A DNA stretch of 64,000 bases, from contig JBECUI020000039.1 of the NCBI GenBank assembly GCA_040954595.2, positions 62,001 to 126,000 on the forward strand, read 5' to 3'. Position 1 is the stretch's first letter. Each line of letters opens with the position of its first letter. Below the pieces are notes generated by a model. That model ran no database searches, was not told the origin of the DNA, and saw only the letters and a list, made by a program, of their open reading frames with translations. Position numbers and translations under genes: made by a program. The stretch is from Balanoglossus misakiensis (Eukaryota; Animalia; Hemichordata). Positions 34,640 to 45,641 of this stretch are shown here, piece by piece.

Positions 34640-36081
34640 TTGCAGATACAGATACTTGTATCGAACACAGGTTTTCGAACACTTTCCATAGATGGGAAAT
34701 GGATCCACTCGAAGTACGATCCGGTCAGCGAAGCATCACGTTTTGCCAACCGCATAGCCAACTGTAGCTTGCTTGTCTTGCTTGGGGCATCAATTGGTTA
34801 TCTCTATTCAGCATTACAAAAACGCCTACCCCATACGAAAATTATTGCTCTCTACCTGCATAAGGATCTGTACGAAATGTCAGAGAACCGTGCGACATTA
34901 TGTTGGCATCCTGATATGGGTGTGGAGCTGGAAACATTTCTTTTTGCCAATATTCCCGAGTATGCACTCGGTGATATTCAAATCGTAGAATGGCCGCCGA
35001 TGCTTGATGCCTTCCCGCAATTTCAAAAGAGCTTTCGGGCTACGTTGCGTCAATGTATCGAACGGCTTCGTGGCAATATTGTTACCACGAACTATTTCGC
35101 TAAGCGCTGGCTCCAAAATAGTGTTGCTAACTACCTTCGCTACGATAACTCTGTCCGCGTACGGATCAGTCCGAAAAGTGCCATTCTTATTGCGGCACCC
35201 GGCTGGAGTCTGGAAGAATCTATTCCTTTTATTACTAAGAATCGCCAAAAGATATTTCTTTTATCACTCTCCTCTGCTATAGCGATCCTCCGCCACTGGA
35301 ATATTGTTCCCGATTGCGTTGTGCATAGCGACGGGGGATACTGGGCGGGACGGTATCTCCTAGGGCTTCCTGGACACATTCCGGTTATGACTCCCTTCCA
35401 TGCACGGATACCGCAAGGAATAGAGCGTATTCTTTTTTTCTCTCAAGATCATCCATTTGATTATGCAGTTTGCAAACATGAGACTCTGCCATACATACCG
35501 GACAATCCGACCGTTGCCGGCACAGCATTGGAGCTGGCCGTTCGAATGACAGAAAACTGCATTATCTTTGCCGGTCTTGATCTGAATAAGCATGATATTG
35601 CCACTCATGCACGTGGGCACACGAGTGAAGCATATATGCGAACCTCCGTCTCCCGACTGATACCAGAGGAGGGACTGCGCTGGCAGAGATGCCAAGATGC
35701 ACAATCCACTGCTGTCTATGCAAAATGGTTTCACGAATACTACAACAAGATCTATCGCAGGCAATTGGAAAGTTGGGAAGCCCACGTGATAATCTGCCAA
35801 GTATGGATAATGACTGGCACGGTGCTCCTCGTCCACTTGTTGACATAACTCTGCATGAAAGGGCATGCAGAAAAGAACGATGTGCGGTAGTTCTCGGTAT
35901 CTTTCAAGAATGGGAAGAGATGCTACAGGATGTTGATTCTGCTTATTCCTTTATTCAAATGATTGCACCTGCTGCCCTTTATCGGTATATGCGAGGGGGG
36001 AAAGATGAGAAGGAGGGTGCAAAACTGGCTGGAGATATCCGAGCCTTTCTTGCAGATATGAGGCGAAAATACTGTGAATGA
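34640..36081 (+). CDS. DUF115/Maf (MptE-like) protein; probable frameshift near 35729-35770
   Basis: HSKYDPVSEA, IAAPGWSL, IIFAGLDL. Overlapping ORF 35689-36081 continues it; adding one T at 35729-35731 gives AKWFSRILQQ. Confidence 0.7.
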
Positions 36082-37615
36082 AGTTTCCCGCATTAACATT
36101 GCCTTACTGCACAAGCACTACCCGCAGTTGGCAGAAAGGGTTTCCCACTGTCGCCCATCAAGTAATTGCAGCTTTTTTCCCGCACGATCCGGTAGTATTA
36201 CTGGAACGGTGCATGACCCCATAACAAAGGAAACATACCTTCTCCATTCACGATACAATCCCGAACGCGAGGCTGAGCGTACATTTCAGGACATGCCGCC
36301 AACCGATATTCTTTTTTTTCTTGGCTTGGGATGCGGATACTATATCTTGCCCTATATTAAGAGCCCTGATTGCAGGCGCATTATCGTTGTGGAAAAGAGT
36401 CTGGAATTCTTTTCTGCCATCCTGCAACAGGTAGCGCTTGGGGAGATTATTCAAAGCAAGAAGGTTGTCTTGCTCGTAGGAATGACAGAAACGGCAGTGC
36501 ACCGCAGGATACTGGATTACTTCCTGCCCTATCAACATAAGACACTTCGCACGATCCCCCTCTCTGCACTTATGCAAACCGACAGCAGGTACTACTTATC
36601 AGTCAATGATGAAATTCGTTTGGCTGTTGATACGGCAATGCAAGATATGAAAACGATGCAACATTTCGGGCGGCGTTGGACATATAATATTATTCACAAT
36701 GTACTTCACTGCCTGCCAAAGGAATACCCTGATTACAACAAGAAGATTGCCCCTGCCATACTTGTTGCTGCCGGACCAACAGTGGAGGATAATATTGATG
36801 CACTGATAGATCGAGGGGATGCTCTTCTCTGTGCGGTCGATACTGCCCTGCCCTTTTTACAAGCGGTCGGCATAAAAGCGGATATTATTGTCAGCATTGA
36901 CTGTCAGATATACAGCAGACTGCATTTTCGCTCTCTTCATCCTTCTAGCCGAATATACTGCGACCTATCCTCTCCACCGGGACTTTCCCGTTTGAACAAC
37001 CATGTTTTCTTTACTACAGGTGGACATCCACTCTGTCAGCTGCTCCGACAATCGGCTTCTTTTCTTCTTCCCCTCAACACTGCAGGAAGAAATGTCAGTA
37101 GTTCCGCAATAAGCTTACTACACAATCTTGGATATCGGGTTGAACAGTGTTTTGGAACAGATTTTTCCTATCTTCCTGGCAAACCATATCTGCGAAACAC
37201 GTATTTCTACTCTTACCTGGAATCTCAAACATCACGCAGAAATCCTATGGATGGACTTATTACTCATTTCATTCTTGGCAATTCGGAATTAATGCCCGAG
37301 AAAGATGGTGGCTATATACCTGCTCTTCTTCGGCAATACGAGAGTGATTTTACTCAGTTTCGTCGTACCGTGAACAAGGAAGTTCGCTTTGCCCCTCCCA
37401 GTGAGATATTGCCCTTTAATCCGAGGGATTGGCTTACCTGGTATCGCAATGCCATTCGAGACATGCTATCAGAGACCGATCCCATGGCAAACAGCATTTC
37501 ATCAACCCTTATTCCTTACATGATCTGGCAACGGGAACATGAACAGGATGCCGAAACAATTAAACCTGCAATACATGCAATAATTAATTATATTGATACA
37601 ATATTAAGTCGATAG
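36074..37615 (+). CDS. DUF115/Maf (MptE-like) protein
   Basis: LHSRYNPEREA, GLGCGY, VAAGPT, AVDTA, SIDCQ, GTDFSY. Confidence 0.8.
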   Translation: MNEVSRINIALLHKHYPQLAERVSHCRPSSNCSFFPARSGSITGTVHDPITKETYLLHSRYNPEREAERTFQDMPPTDILFFLGLGCGYYILPYIKSPDCRRIIVVEKSLEFFSAILQQVALGEIIQSKKVVLLVGMTETAVHRRILDYFLPYQHKTLRTIPLSALMQTDSRYYLSVNDEIRLAVDTAMQDMKTMQHFGRRWTYNIIHNVLHCLPKEYPDYNKKIAPAILVAAGPTVEDNIDALIDRGDALLCAVDTALPFLQAVGIKADIIVSIDCQIYSRLHFRSLHPSSRIYCDLSSPPGLSRLNNHVFFTTGGHPLCQLLRQSASFLLPLNTAGRNVSSSAISLLHNLGYRVEQCFGTDFSYLPGKPYLRNTYFYSYLESQTSRRNPMDGLITHFILGNSELMPEKDGGYIPALLRQYESDFTQFRRTVNKEVRFAPPSEILPFNPRDWLTWYRNAIRDMLSETDPMANSISSTLIPYMIWQREHEQDAETIKPAIHAIINYIDTILSR

Positions 37616-37621
37616 TCTAGT

Positions 37622-39052
37622 ATGAAGATTACTCTCAAGTATATTGTTATCGGCATGATTATCGCAGCAATTATCTTCTCCACTAGCTGGACTCTGTTTG
37701 GAATACAAGAGCTACAAGTTGCGGGAGAAGACTTTGCGGCAAAGCATTTCCAGGTCTTGTTATCGGAGCTTAGTGCATCGATACGATATGATGATACCGC
37801 ACCACGCGTTATTTCCGAACTTGCAGAGAAATCATTCGCCAACGATGATCAAATTCGTGCTTTACTAATATATACAACAAGAAACGGCGTGGAATACCTA
37901 TATGCAGATGAGTCTCAGTATGTTAATGCCCCGAATACGGGATGGGAAGAAGGAAAACTCATTGCCTCTGGGGGCATATTGCTGACCGACTCGTTTTATA
38001 CGGCTCAAGGAAGCATTTTCTATGCACAGGCTGTATATCGCTCATTAGACCCTGCGGGACTTACTTTGATCCTTCGCCAGGGATTAACAATTATTCTAGC
38101 CATGATCTTTTCAGGTGCAATAGGCTTACTTATATACACATTAATAGCATCCGCACGGAAGAAGCAACAGTGGAAAAAAGAAAATGCTGTATCACCAGCA
38201 GTGGCCGAGACGCCCGCACCTGTAGTAGCCGAGACAGCTGCTCATGTAGCAAGCAAGACGCCCGATCCTGTAGTAGCCGAGACAGCTGCTCATGTAGCAA
38301 GCAAGACGCCCGATCCTGTAGTAGCCGAGACAGCTGCTCATGTAGTAGCCGAGACGGTAACTGAGCCGCCGACAGTAATCGAGACTGCTACTCCGGTAGA
38401 GGTGGAAGAAAAGCAGTCAATAGATAATAAAATAATACCGCGTACAGCGGACGGTGCTGATACGCCTGCAAATGAACCGAGCAGAACTACCTCTTCAGAG
38501 GGGGATGCTTTTCGCCGTGCCGTATCAGCGGAATTACAACGTTCGGTCTTTTACAACCATGATCTTGCCCTTTTGGCACTTTTTGTAGAAGGCAAAGCAG
38601 CAGAGATAAAGACTCAGCTTGCGGAGATTGCTCCGATTCGTGAACTTTGTTTTTGGTATAACCGGAATTTATACATGATTATCCTGCCACAATCGGATTT
38701 GCAGGATGGATGGCACCGGGCAAAAATGATGCTTGATTCCTTGACCGGTATGCAGGTTCATGCGGGTATGTCCGTGCAGGGAAAGAGACTTATTGATTCG
38801 GCAACACTTATTCGGGAAACGATACAGGCAGCAGAGAGGGCTACAAAAACAGGTCAGTCTATGCTTGCATTCTCTCCTAATGCACAGCAGTATCGCTCCC
38901 ATATTAAGAAAAAGGCAAGCCCAGTCAGTGAGGAAGCATCCCCACTGACACCAACAAGAAGATTTATATTTGAAGAGCTTTCAAAAACTGAGGCCCCAGA
39001 TGTTGAACAGTTCGTGAGCGTGGAACAAGCAGCTCCACAGTATCAGCCTTAA
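37622..39052 (+). CDS. Membrane protein with a degenerate GGDEF-like domain and a repeat linker
   Basis: Two TM helices; ELQRS..DLAL..IILP..AGMS..LIRE pattern with no GGDEF motif. Confidence 0.65.
   Translation: MKITLKYIVIGMIIAAIIFSTSWTLFGIQELQVAGEDFAAKHFQVLLSELSASIRYDDTAPRVISELAEKSFANDDQIRALLIYTTRNGVEYLYADESQYVNAPNTGWEEGKLIASGGILLTDSFYTAQGSIFYAQAVYRSLDPAGLTLILRQGLTIILAMIFSGAIGLLIYTLIASARKKQQWKKENAVSPAVAETPAPVVAETAAHVASKTPDPVVAETAAHVASKTPDPVVAETAAHVVAETVTEPPTVIETATPVEVEEKQSIDNKIIPRTADGADTPANEPSRTTSSEGDAFRRAVSAELQRSVFYNHDLALLALFVEGKAAEIKTQLAEIAPIRELCFWYNRNLYMIILPQSDLQDGWHRAKMMLDSLTGMQVHAGMSVQGKRLIDSATLIRETIQAAERATKTGQSMLAFSPNAQQYRSHIKKKASPVSEEASPLTPTRRFIFEELSKTEAPDVEQFVSVEQAAPQYQP
38219..38356 (+). 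repeat. In-frame 48-bp tandem repeat (PVVAETAAHVASKTPD), about 2.6-2.9 copies
   Basis: Identical units start at 38219 and 38267; partial unit at 38315. Confidence 0.95.
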
Positions 39053-39996
39053 TTTTCCTGTGCTATAAAATAATCTCGTGAACGAAGCAGCTGATCGGTG
39101 CTTTGCAAATGATAATCATAACCTGAACGGTTTAGATTGGGTCTTGCAAAGAACTTCGGATTAATTTCCTCGCCTTCGATTTCCGGACTTGTATTCGTAA
39201 ATATATCTATGCTATAGGTGGAATTATCGCTTGCTATCATAATTCTGCCGGCTTTCTCTTCATGGGGCTGTGCTAGTTGTAGGTCGCCGCCTTCCTGATT
39301 GATAACCGCCCGAATAAGTCCCTCAACCTTTACTGTATCGGCAACTGTTTGATCATCTTCAAATGTCCACTGAAATGCTCCATCCGCCTGAATAAGAAGT
39401 AGCACCATTGGTGCATCTTCACCTGATGCTATTTCGACGTGCTGAACTGATTGTATCTCGGGTCGGGCAGTGAATAAACGCAGATCAGTCCAATAAAAAT
39501 CGTTCTGCTCTACATAGAAATTGAGGTTTCTGCTTACTGATACAATGCCTTCTCGTTGAGAAATGGTCGCATATACGGATTGGCTACCTTCAATGCTATT
39601 GCCGAACTTGAACGACAAGAGTTCATTGTTATCCTTGCCGATAAAAGCAAGAGTTTTTGCTGCATCACCCAAGCCGAAGTTCTCTTCTGCTGTTGGGCTC
39701 TGCGAGACGGTACGGACTCCGCGGAGGTCTTGTAGTGCACTAAAAAGTGTTTCCACTCGGTCCTCGCGGGCGGGAATAAAAGAATTATCCCGATTCCGAT
39801 ACCAGGCGTCTTCTTTGTACTGCAACTCTAAGTCGTTTACCCGTAAGGCTTGTACATCGTCTTCGTTGAAGCTCAGGGTGAAACGTGTTTCCAGTTCTCG
39901 GGTACGTTGTGCCTCAGGTGAAGTCATAAGACCGATTGACCAAGTAATAGCTAATACTAAACAAATTGATGAAAGGATAATAAGTTTGTTTTTCAT
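39049..39996 (-). CDS. DUF4340-like protein
   Basis: N-terminal TM, W..PA...V..L..L..L, FGL, WTD; last gene of the Gld-like operon. Confidence 0.7.
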   Translation of the reverse strand: MKNKLIILSSICLVLAITWSIGLMTSPEAQRTRELETRFTLSFNEDDVQALRVNDLELQYKEDAWYRNRDNSFIPAREDRVETLFSALQDLRGVRTVSQSPTAEENFGLGDAAKTLAFIGKDNNELLSFKFGNSIEGSQSVYATISQREGIVSVSRNLNFYVEQNDFYWTDLRLFTARPEIQSVQHVEIASGEDAPMVLLLIQADGAFQWTFEDDQTVADTVKVEGLIRAVINQEGGDLQLAQPHEEKAGRIMIASDNSTYSIDIFTNTSPEIEGEEINPKFFARPNLNRSGYDYHLQSTDQLLRSRDYFIAQEN

Positions 39997-41606
39997 TATT
40001 CTGCTCCCGTGCGTACGATTGCTTTATGCCTTCTTCTAATCATACGGATGATACCGTAGATGATAACAAGTGCCGGAATACCTACCATGTTTAACCACTC
40101 TGCCAATAGTTTTTGAGCTGCAAAACCCTCTGCTTCTTTGTTTAGTTGCAGATTGCGGGTGGCTCGTGTCCGGATTTGCAAAAGATCTTCATCGTTGGCA
40201 AGCCACTCGGTAATGTTCTCGACGAAGGTCATATTGTGTGCTTGTCCCGTAAAACGAATCATACTTGTTGCAAATTGTTGATCTCCAATAACAACCAGCC
40301 GTGCCTTATCTGTTTTTGCAGATACCTCTGGAGCACCCTCGGGAACGGGGAATTTGTTGTTTCCCGCAATCCCGGTCAAACTACCGGTAATGCTGACGGC
40401 AAGATCGTAGCGATTTTCTGCCTCTGCGGTACGAAAAGCGTAGTTTTGCTGCGGATCCACGACAAAGTTGTCTTTCATAAGCCATGCACTATCGGTTGTA
40501 CTCATAAGCACATTGACTGTCGTTTGTTCAGTGTTGAATATATCGTATTGCACGGACAGGGGACTTGGCCAAAAGAGGTCAAGACCGACAAAGCGCGCGG
40601 TAACCGGATGGGTGGCGTCGACGTTTTCGTTTCGGACCGATACCCAATGCTGATATGGTATGGACTGGGTAATGGTAAAGGCACCGTTTCTCCGAGTAAC
40701 GGGAATGGTGCGACTGCTCTGGTCAAGTACCAATGCCGGTTCAACTACAACACCGTAGGCTTGTAATAGTTCGTAATATGGACCGCTATTGACATCACCC
40801 GCATAGATAACGGAAGCACGTGGGTCAATATTTACATCGACTCCGTCAACACAGAGCATGGCGGGACCGCCTTGCATAATGAAACTGTTGAGATAATAGA
40901 CAGCATCGTAGTCAAAGTTCGGCGAACCGAACACTATTACTGCATCAACATCGGGGGGAATTTCTTCTCCTATTGGGATGTCGCGTACGGAAAAATTCTG
41001 CTGTAAGACCTGCCTGAGGGTGTCTAGGTTATTAAAATCGTTGCGCTCATCACCATCGGTGAGCAGACCAACAACTCTTTCATCTTCGCGGACTAGACTT
41101 CGTATGGTCGAAGTAAGCTGATATTCAAGGGTTGTTATGTCAAAGACAACGGGGATAACTTCTTTTCTTCCCTGGTAGTGAAGAAGGATACCGGTATATA
41201 CGACTGCAACGCTCTGCTGATCTTCTTCGACAACCTGTATTTGCTGCGGGGCAATGCCAAGCTGCTCTACCTCAGTTACAATGTTTGCCTGTACTGGATC
41301 AACAATATCTACCTGTATATTGCCCTTCCCATAGGCGGCATACTCGTACAAAAGATCGACAACCAGCTCGGTCTCGGCGGCACGAGTACGGAGGCGTTCC
41401 GACAAGTAATAGGTAATGAACAGGGAATCGGTAAACTCTTCCGATAAATTCTTGGAAACATCGGCTATACTGAATACCTTATTTTGTGTCATGTCAATGC
41501 GAGAAAAATAGGTGCTGCTGTTTAGCGCAATAAAGACGGTAAGTGCTACCGTTAAAACAATTAAAATTCGTTGACGTGTTTTCTTGGTCATTGTTCCTAT
41601 CTCCAC
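39996..41606 (-). CDS. GldG-like ABC transporter auxiliary component
   Basis: RIDMTQNKVFSI, LEYQLTSTI, WLANDEDLLQIR, C-terminal TM. Confidence 0.85.
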   Translation of the reverse strand: MEIGTMTKKTRQRILIVLTVALTVFIALNSSTYFSRIDMTQNKVFSIADVSKNLSEEFTDSLFITYYLSERLRTRAAETELVVDLLYEYAAYGKGNIQVDIVDPVQANIVTEVEQLGIAPQQIQVVEEDQQSVAVVYTGILLHYQGRKEVIPVVFDITTLEYQLTSTIRSLVREDERVVGLLTDGDERNDFNNLDTLRQVLQQNFSVRDIPIGEEIPPDVDAVIVFGSPNFDYDAVYYLNSFIMQGGPAMLCVDGVDVNIDPRASVIYAGDVNSGPYYELLQAYGVVVEPALVLDQSSRTIPVTRRNGAFTITQSIPYQHWVSVRNENVDATHPVTARFVGLDLFWPSPLSVQYDIFNTEQTTVNVLMSTTDSAWLMKDNFVVDPQQNYAFRTAEAENRYDLAVSITGSLTGIAGNNKFPVPEGAPEVSAKTDKARLVVIGDQQFATSMIRFTGQAHNMTFVENITEWLANDEDLLQIRTRATRNLQLNKEAEGFAAQKLLAEWLNMVGIPALVIIYGIIRMIRRRHKAIVRTGAE

Positions 41607-42313
41607 TTTCTAAATTCAATGGTACGTACGGTGGCAAAGAGTGCCAAAAATACGGTGAGACAATAAAAGACAACATCCCGTGTATCAATGAGCCCACGAA
41701 GAAGACTGCGATAATGCTCATCGAAGGAAAGATAACGTAATGTGTCCGCCAGCCATTGCGGCATATCTACCATAGCGGCAACATTACCGATGAGTGTTGC
41801 AATTAATAAAAACAATACGGTTATAATAAATGCCGATATCTGATTCTTTGAAACTGCCGATATGAACAGCCCTACACTGAGTCCTGCCATGCCAAGGAAT
41901 GCCATGCCAAGGTATTCACCGACAATTTCCCCGAGTTCAAATTCTCCAAGCGGAATAATGGTGAGGGGAACGGGCAGTGTTAATACAATCATAATGAAAA
42001 ATAACAGTACTGCCGCAAAGAACTTCCCTAATACCAGATGCCATTCAGCAAAGGGCAAGGTAAGAAGTAACTCGGCTGTGCCGGATTTCTGTTCTTCCGC
42101 CCAGATGCGCATGGTAATGGCGGGGAGCAGAAAAACAAAAACTAACGGCATGGTGCCAAAATATCCCCTCAGGGTCGCTGTTCCTTGAATGAAATAACGT
42201 TGGAAGACAAAGAAGAGCACGGAGACTGCAACGAGAAAGAACGTTACCGCAATATATGCTATCGGTGAATTAAAATATGAACGCAGCTCTTTACGAATAA
42301 TAATAGAAATCAT
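41597..42313 (-). CDS. GldF-like ABC-2 permease
   Basis: KELRSYFNSPIAY, AEEQKSGTAELLLTLP, VLGKF. Confidence 0.9.
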   Translation of the reverse strand: MISIIIRKELRSYFNSPIAYIAVTFFLVAVSVLFFVFQRYFIQGTATLRGYFGTMPLVFVFLLPAITMRIWAEEQKSGTAELLLTLPFAEWHLVLGKFFAAVLLFFIMIVLTLPVPLTIIPLGEFELGEIVGEYLGMAFLGMAGLSVGLFISAVSKNQISAFIITVLFLLIATLIGNVAAMVDMPQWLADTLRYLSFDEHYRSLLRGLIDTRDVVFYCLTVFLALFATVRTIEFRKWR

Positions 42314-43245
42314 ACTTTTTCTCCTTTTGTCAGCTTGGTAAAGGTTGATTCCAAACTCTCCCGCTCTCGTTCAAGCCGTAAGAGTTTCAATTTCTTTTCT
42401 ACTGCCCAATCGAATATCTGCTCAGCAGGATTTTTCTTGGAACTGCACATAAACTTGAGATCGCTAATTGAACTATCCTGCTGTACCAGATGGGCTGATA
42501 ATAGCGATGTGAATTCTTTGATGCTCCGCTCAAGGTTCTTCGGTATGCGGCCTTTTGTCGTAACATGATATACGACATCGCCCTGCGTTTGCATGGATAT
42601 TTCTTCAGGTGTGCCTGAAGCTACCACCTTGCCTTCGTTCATAATGAGTACCCGATCACAGAGCACTTCAACTTCCTGCATGATATGGGTTGAGAGAATA
42701 ACGGTTCGGGAACTTCCTAGATTTCGAACCACTTCCCGTATCTCCATAATTTGGTTGGGATCCAGACCGGAGGTTGGTTCATCGAGAATGACAACCTCAG
42801 GATCGTGAATTAATGCCTGTGCAAGACCGACTCGCTGCCGATATCCCTTTGAGAGCTCATCGATGGGGCGGTGTAAGACCGCACCCAGTGTGCAGAGCTG
42901 TTGCACATGATTAATGGCTTCTTTTTTCTTGCGCAAGCGCCGTGTGCCTGCCACAAATTCAAGATACTCATACACTGTCAGATCGTCATAAAGTGGCGTG
43001 CTTTCGGGAAGATAGCCAATACGTTTCTTTGCGCGTATGGGCTCATCAACAACATCTATATCACAAATCCGAGCCTCGCCGGAACTTGGAAAATGATACC
43101 CGGTAAGAACCCGTAGAAGACTTGTTTTCCCAGCACCATTGGGACCAAGCAAGCCTACTATTTCCCCACTCCGAACGGTAAAAGAAACTCCTCGAATTGC
43201 TTGAACTGACCCATAATGCTTGGATACATTCTTAACTTCAATCAT
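42310..43245 (-). CDS. GldA-like ABC ATP-binding protein
   Basis: GPNGAGKT, LSKGYRQRVGLAQ, ILDEPTSGLDP. Confidence 0.93.
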   Translation of the reverse strand: MIEVKNVSKHYGSVQAIRGVSFTVRSGEIVGLLGPNGAGKTSLLRVLTGYHFPSSGEARICDIDVVDEPIRAKKRIGYLPESTPLYDDLTVYEYLEFVAGTRRLRKKKEAINHVQQLCTLGAVLHRPIDELSKGYRQRVGLAQALIHDPEVVILDEPTSGLDPNQIMEIREVVRNLGSSRTVILSTHIMQEVEVLCDRVLIMNEGKVVASGTPEEISMQTQGDVVYHVTTKGRIPKNLERSIKEFTSLLSAHLVQQDSSISDLKFMCSSKKNPAEQIFDWAVEKKLKLLRLERERESLESTFTKLTKGEKV

Positions 43246-43282
43246 AATAGTACCTCATTTATAATGTTTTATTTTTCTATAT

Positions 43283-44224
43283 TTATTCGTTACTATACGG
43301 TATAGGGATAGTCATACGATCACGAAGACAGAATGCTTCTGGAAATATTTCCTGCGCTTCCTGTGCCAACTGTTTGAGCTGCCCATTCGTATATCGCGGA
43401 CTAAAATGAATGAGTCCCATACGTTTTACACCACCTGCTTTTACCGCAATCCGAGCGGCTTGCTGTGCTGTCATGTGTCGCTTATTATGTGCAGTCTCTT
43501 CACAATCGTTCGCAAACATTCCCTCGCAAACAAATAAGTCTGAATTGTACACTTCATCTGCAATTGTGTCAATAGGAAGACTATCGGTAACATAGGAAAA
43601 CTTTCTGCCCTGTCGCGATTCTCCTAATACTTGGTCAGGGGTGATAATTCTGCCATCGGGTAATTCGACATTCTTCCCATGCTGCAAAATTGACCAAAAC
43701 GGACCACGCTCTACGCCAAGTTCTATTGCCTTCTCGGGATTAAAGTTTCCCGGGCGTTTTCTTTCTTCCAGTATATAACCGACACAGATGCGGGAATGGC
43801 GTAAGGGGATGGAACGGATGCTATAGCTCTCGTGTTCCCAGACGACTTGCCCTAAATCATTGGTGTTCAACTCCTGAACAATTATTTCAAAGTTAATGTA
43901 CATTTCTAGTACTTTGCGACTCATTTCCACGAACTCTTTAATACGAGGCGGACCTATAATGTACAGTGGTTCATCGCGATTCACCTGCGAAGATAGCATA
44001 AGCATACCGGGCAGTCCGGTAATATGGTCGGCATGGGTATGGGAAATAAAGATTGCATGTATCTTTTTCCACTTGAGATTCAATGCTCGAAGAGAGACCT
44101 GTGTGCCCTCGCCGCAGTCAAATAAAAAGACTTCTCCCTCTCGTCGCAACATGACTGAAGTAAGACCACGATTAGGTAAGGGCATACTCCCTCCGGTACC
44201 GAGAATAAAGGCTTCGAGATTCAT
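43283..44224 (-). CDS. rnz: Ribonuclease Z
   Basis: LGTGG..P, DCGEGTQ, HTHADH, HFSPRY. Confidence 0.95.
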   Translation of the reverse strand: MNLEAFILGTGGSMPLPNRGLTSVMLRREGEVFLFDCGEGTQVSLRALNLKWKKIHAIFISHTHADHITGLPGMLMLSSQVNRDEPLYIIGPPRIKEFVEMSRKVLEMYINFEIIVQELNTNDLGQVVWEHESYSIRSIPLRHSRICVGYILEERKRPGNFNPEKAIELGVERGPFWSILQHGKNVELPDGRIITPDQVLGESRQGRKFSYVTDSLPIDTIADEVYNSDLFVCEGMFANDCEETAHNKRHMTAQQAARIAVKAGGVKRMGLIHFSPRYTNGQLKQLAQEAQEIFPEAFCLRDRMTIPIPYSNE

Positions 44225-44228
44225 CTGT

Positions 44229-45392
44229 TTATACTTCTACTTCCTGCGTATAGTCAACGGAATTATATCCGAATCCATGAAGATGCAGAAAATCACGCTT
44301 AAAATGTTCCCAATCTGCAAGAGAATCGAGATTATCAGCATTGATCTTTGCCCAATTCTCCTCCACTGCCTTCTGTACGTCATCTTGCATTTCCCAATCA
44401 TCAATCCGTATTCGTCCCTCAGTATCAACTGGAACGGTTCCGCTGTACAGTCGGTCGCGGAACAGACGGTATATCTGCATAATACAGTCTTCATGCAAAT
44501 TTTTCTGTTTCATTATTTTGAAGAGTACGGATAAATACAGGGGGACAACGGGTATGACAGCACTTGCACGGGTAACTACTGCCTTGTTAACCGATACATA
44601 GGCGGCACCGCCTACCTTCTTCCGTAATACATCAGTTAATGTGCGGGCAGTCTGTTCCAGGTCTGCCTTTGCCTTGCCTATTGTTCCATCCCGATAGAGG
44701 GGACGGGTTAGATCCGGGCCGATGTACGAATAGGTGAGAACCTGTGCACCGGGTGCCATTACCTCTGCATCGAGCAAGGCATTGGTCCATAGTTTCCAGT
44801 CAGCACCGCCCATAACCTGCACTGTTTGCCGGATTTCGTCTTCGGTCGCCGGCCCCACCTCTATTTCACGTAGGATTCCAGTGGTGTCTATACTCTGTGC
44901 CCGGTATTGCTGTCCAATGGTCTTTAATACCGAGGTGTAGCGCTCGCCGGTGTCAGGGTCGATACGAACACCAGATGCCAGACTGTATATAAACAGATCA
45001 ATCTGTCCCATCTTGCTGCGTATCTCTTCGATAACCCGTTGCTTCGTTTCATGCGAAAAGGCATCGTCTATAATGGTCGTATGTGTACCCTCCGTAGATG
45101 ATGCTTCTTGCTCAAATGCCTTGTTTGTGTACCACCCGGCACTTGCTGTGCGCGTTCCCTGTGCGGGGCGTTCAAATGCCACACCAAGGGTGTTTGCTTG
45201 CATCGCGAATGCTGCCGCAATGCGACTTGCCAGTCCATATCCCATAGATGAACCAACAACTAATACATTGCGCCCACCCTGTATAGGCGGAAGGGACTTT
45301 ACATACTGCACCTGTTCCCGAACAAGCTCGCGGCAACCAAGTGGATGCGCATTGAGACATATATTGTTTCTAATTTTTGCTTCTACTATCAT
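44229..45392 (-). CDS. fabV: Enoyl-ACP / trans-2-enoyl-CoA reductase, FabV/Ter family
   Basis: AHPLGC, GSSMGYGLASRI, YSLASGVR, VMGGADW, GTIGKAK. Confidence 0.95.
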   Translation of the reverse strand: MIVEAKIRNNICLNAHPLGCRELVREQVQYVKSLPPIQGGRNVLVVGSSMGYGLASRIAAAFAMQANTLGVAFERPAQGTRTASAGWYTNKAFEQEASSTEGTHTTIIDDAFSHETKQRVIEEIRSKMGQIDLFIYSLASGVRIDPDTGERYTSVLKTIGQQYRAQSIDTTGILREIEVGPATEDEIRQTVQVMGGADWKLWTNALLDAEVMAPGAQVLTYSYIGPDLTRPLYRDGTIGKAKADLEQTARTLTDVLRKKVGGAAYVSVNKAVVTRASAVIPVVPLYLSVLFKIMKQKNLHEDCIMQIYRLFRDRLYSGTVPVDTEGRIRIDDWEMQDDVQKAVEENWAKINADNLDSLADWEHFKRDFLHLHGFGYNSVDYTQEVEV

Positions 45393-45641
45393 AATGATTC
45401 CTAATAATAGTATATCTATTCAATGGTGATAAAGACAAGTGGAAATGAAGTCTAGCAAAAACAATATACAAGAATACACGGATATCCATTGCTTCCTGTA
45501 TTTATTTTGGTATTGCCTTTCTGTAATTTCTTATTTTCTTATTGTTTTGTTGTTATCTTGTGCTGTCTGTTCTGCTGTCTGTTCGCTTCTTAATACGCAG
45601 TGTTCAATTGGTGCATGCAGAGTAATTCTATTTAAGAGTTA

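Noticed and set aside
39049-43245. GldAFG-like operon as gliding machinery or exporter of the giant lipoproteins
   Set aside because: The operon is widespread in non-gliding bacteria and is separated from the lipoproteins by rnz and fabV; there is no evidence of a link.
548-45429. Numerous antisense and alternate-frame ORFs over core genes (e.g. 2251-3039, 40146-40766, 43896-44534)
   Set aside because: Shadow ORFs of well-supported genes, with no recognisable motifs.
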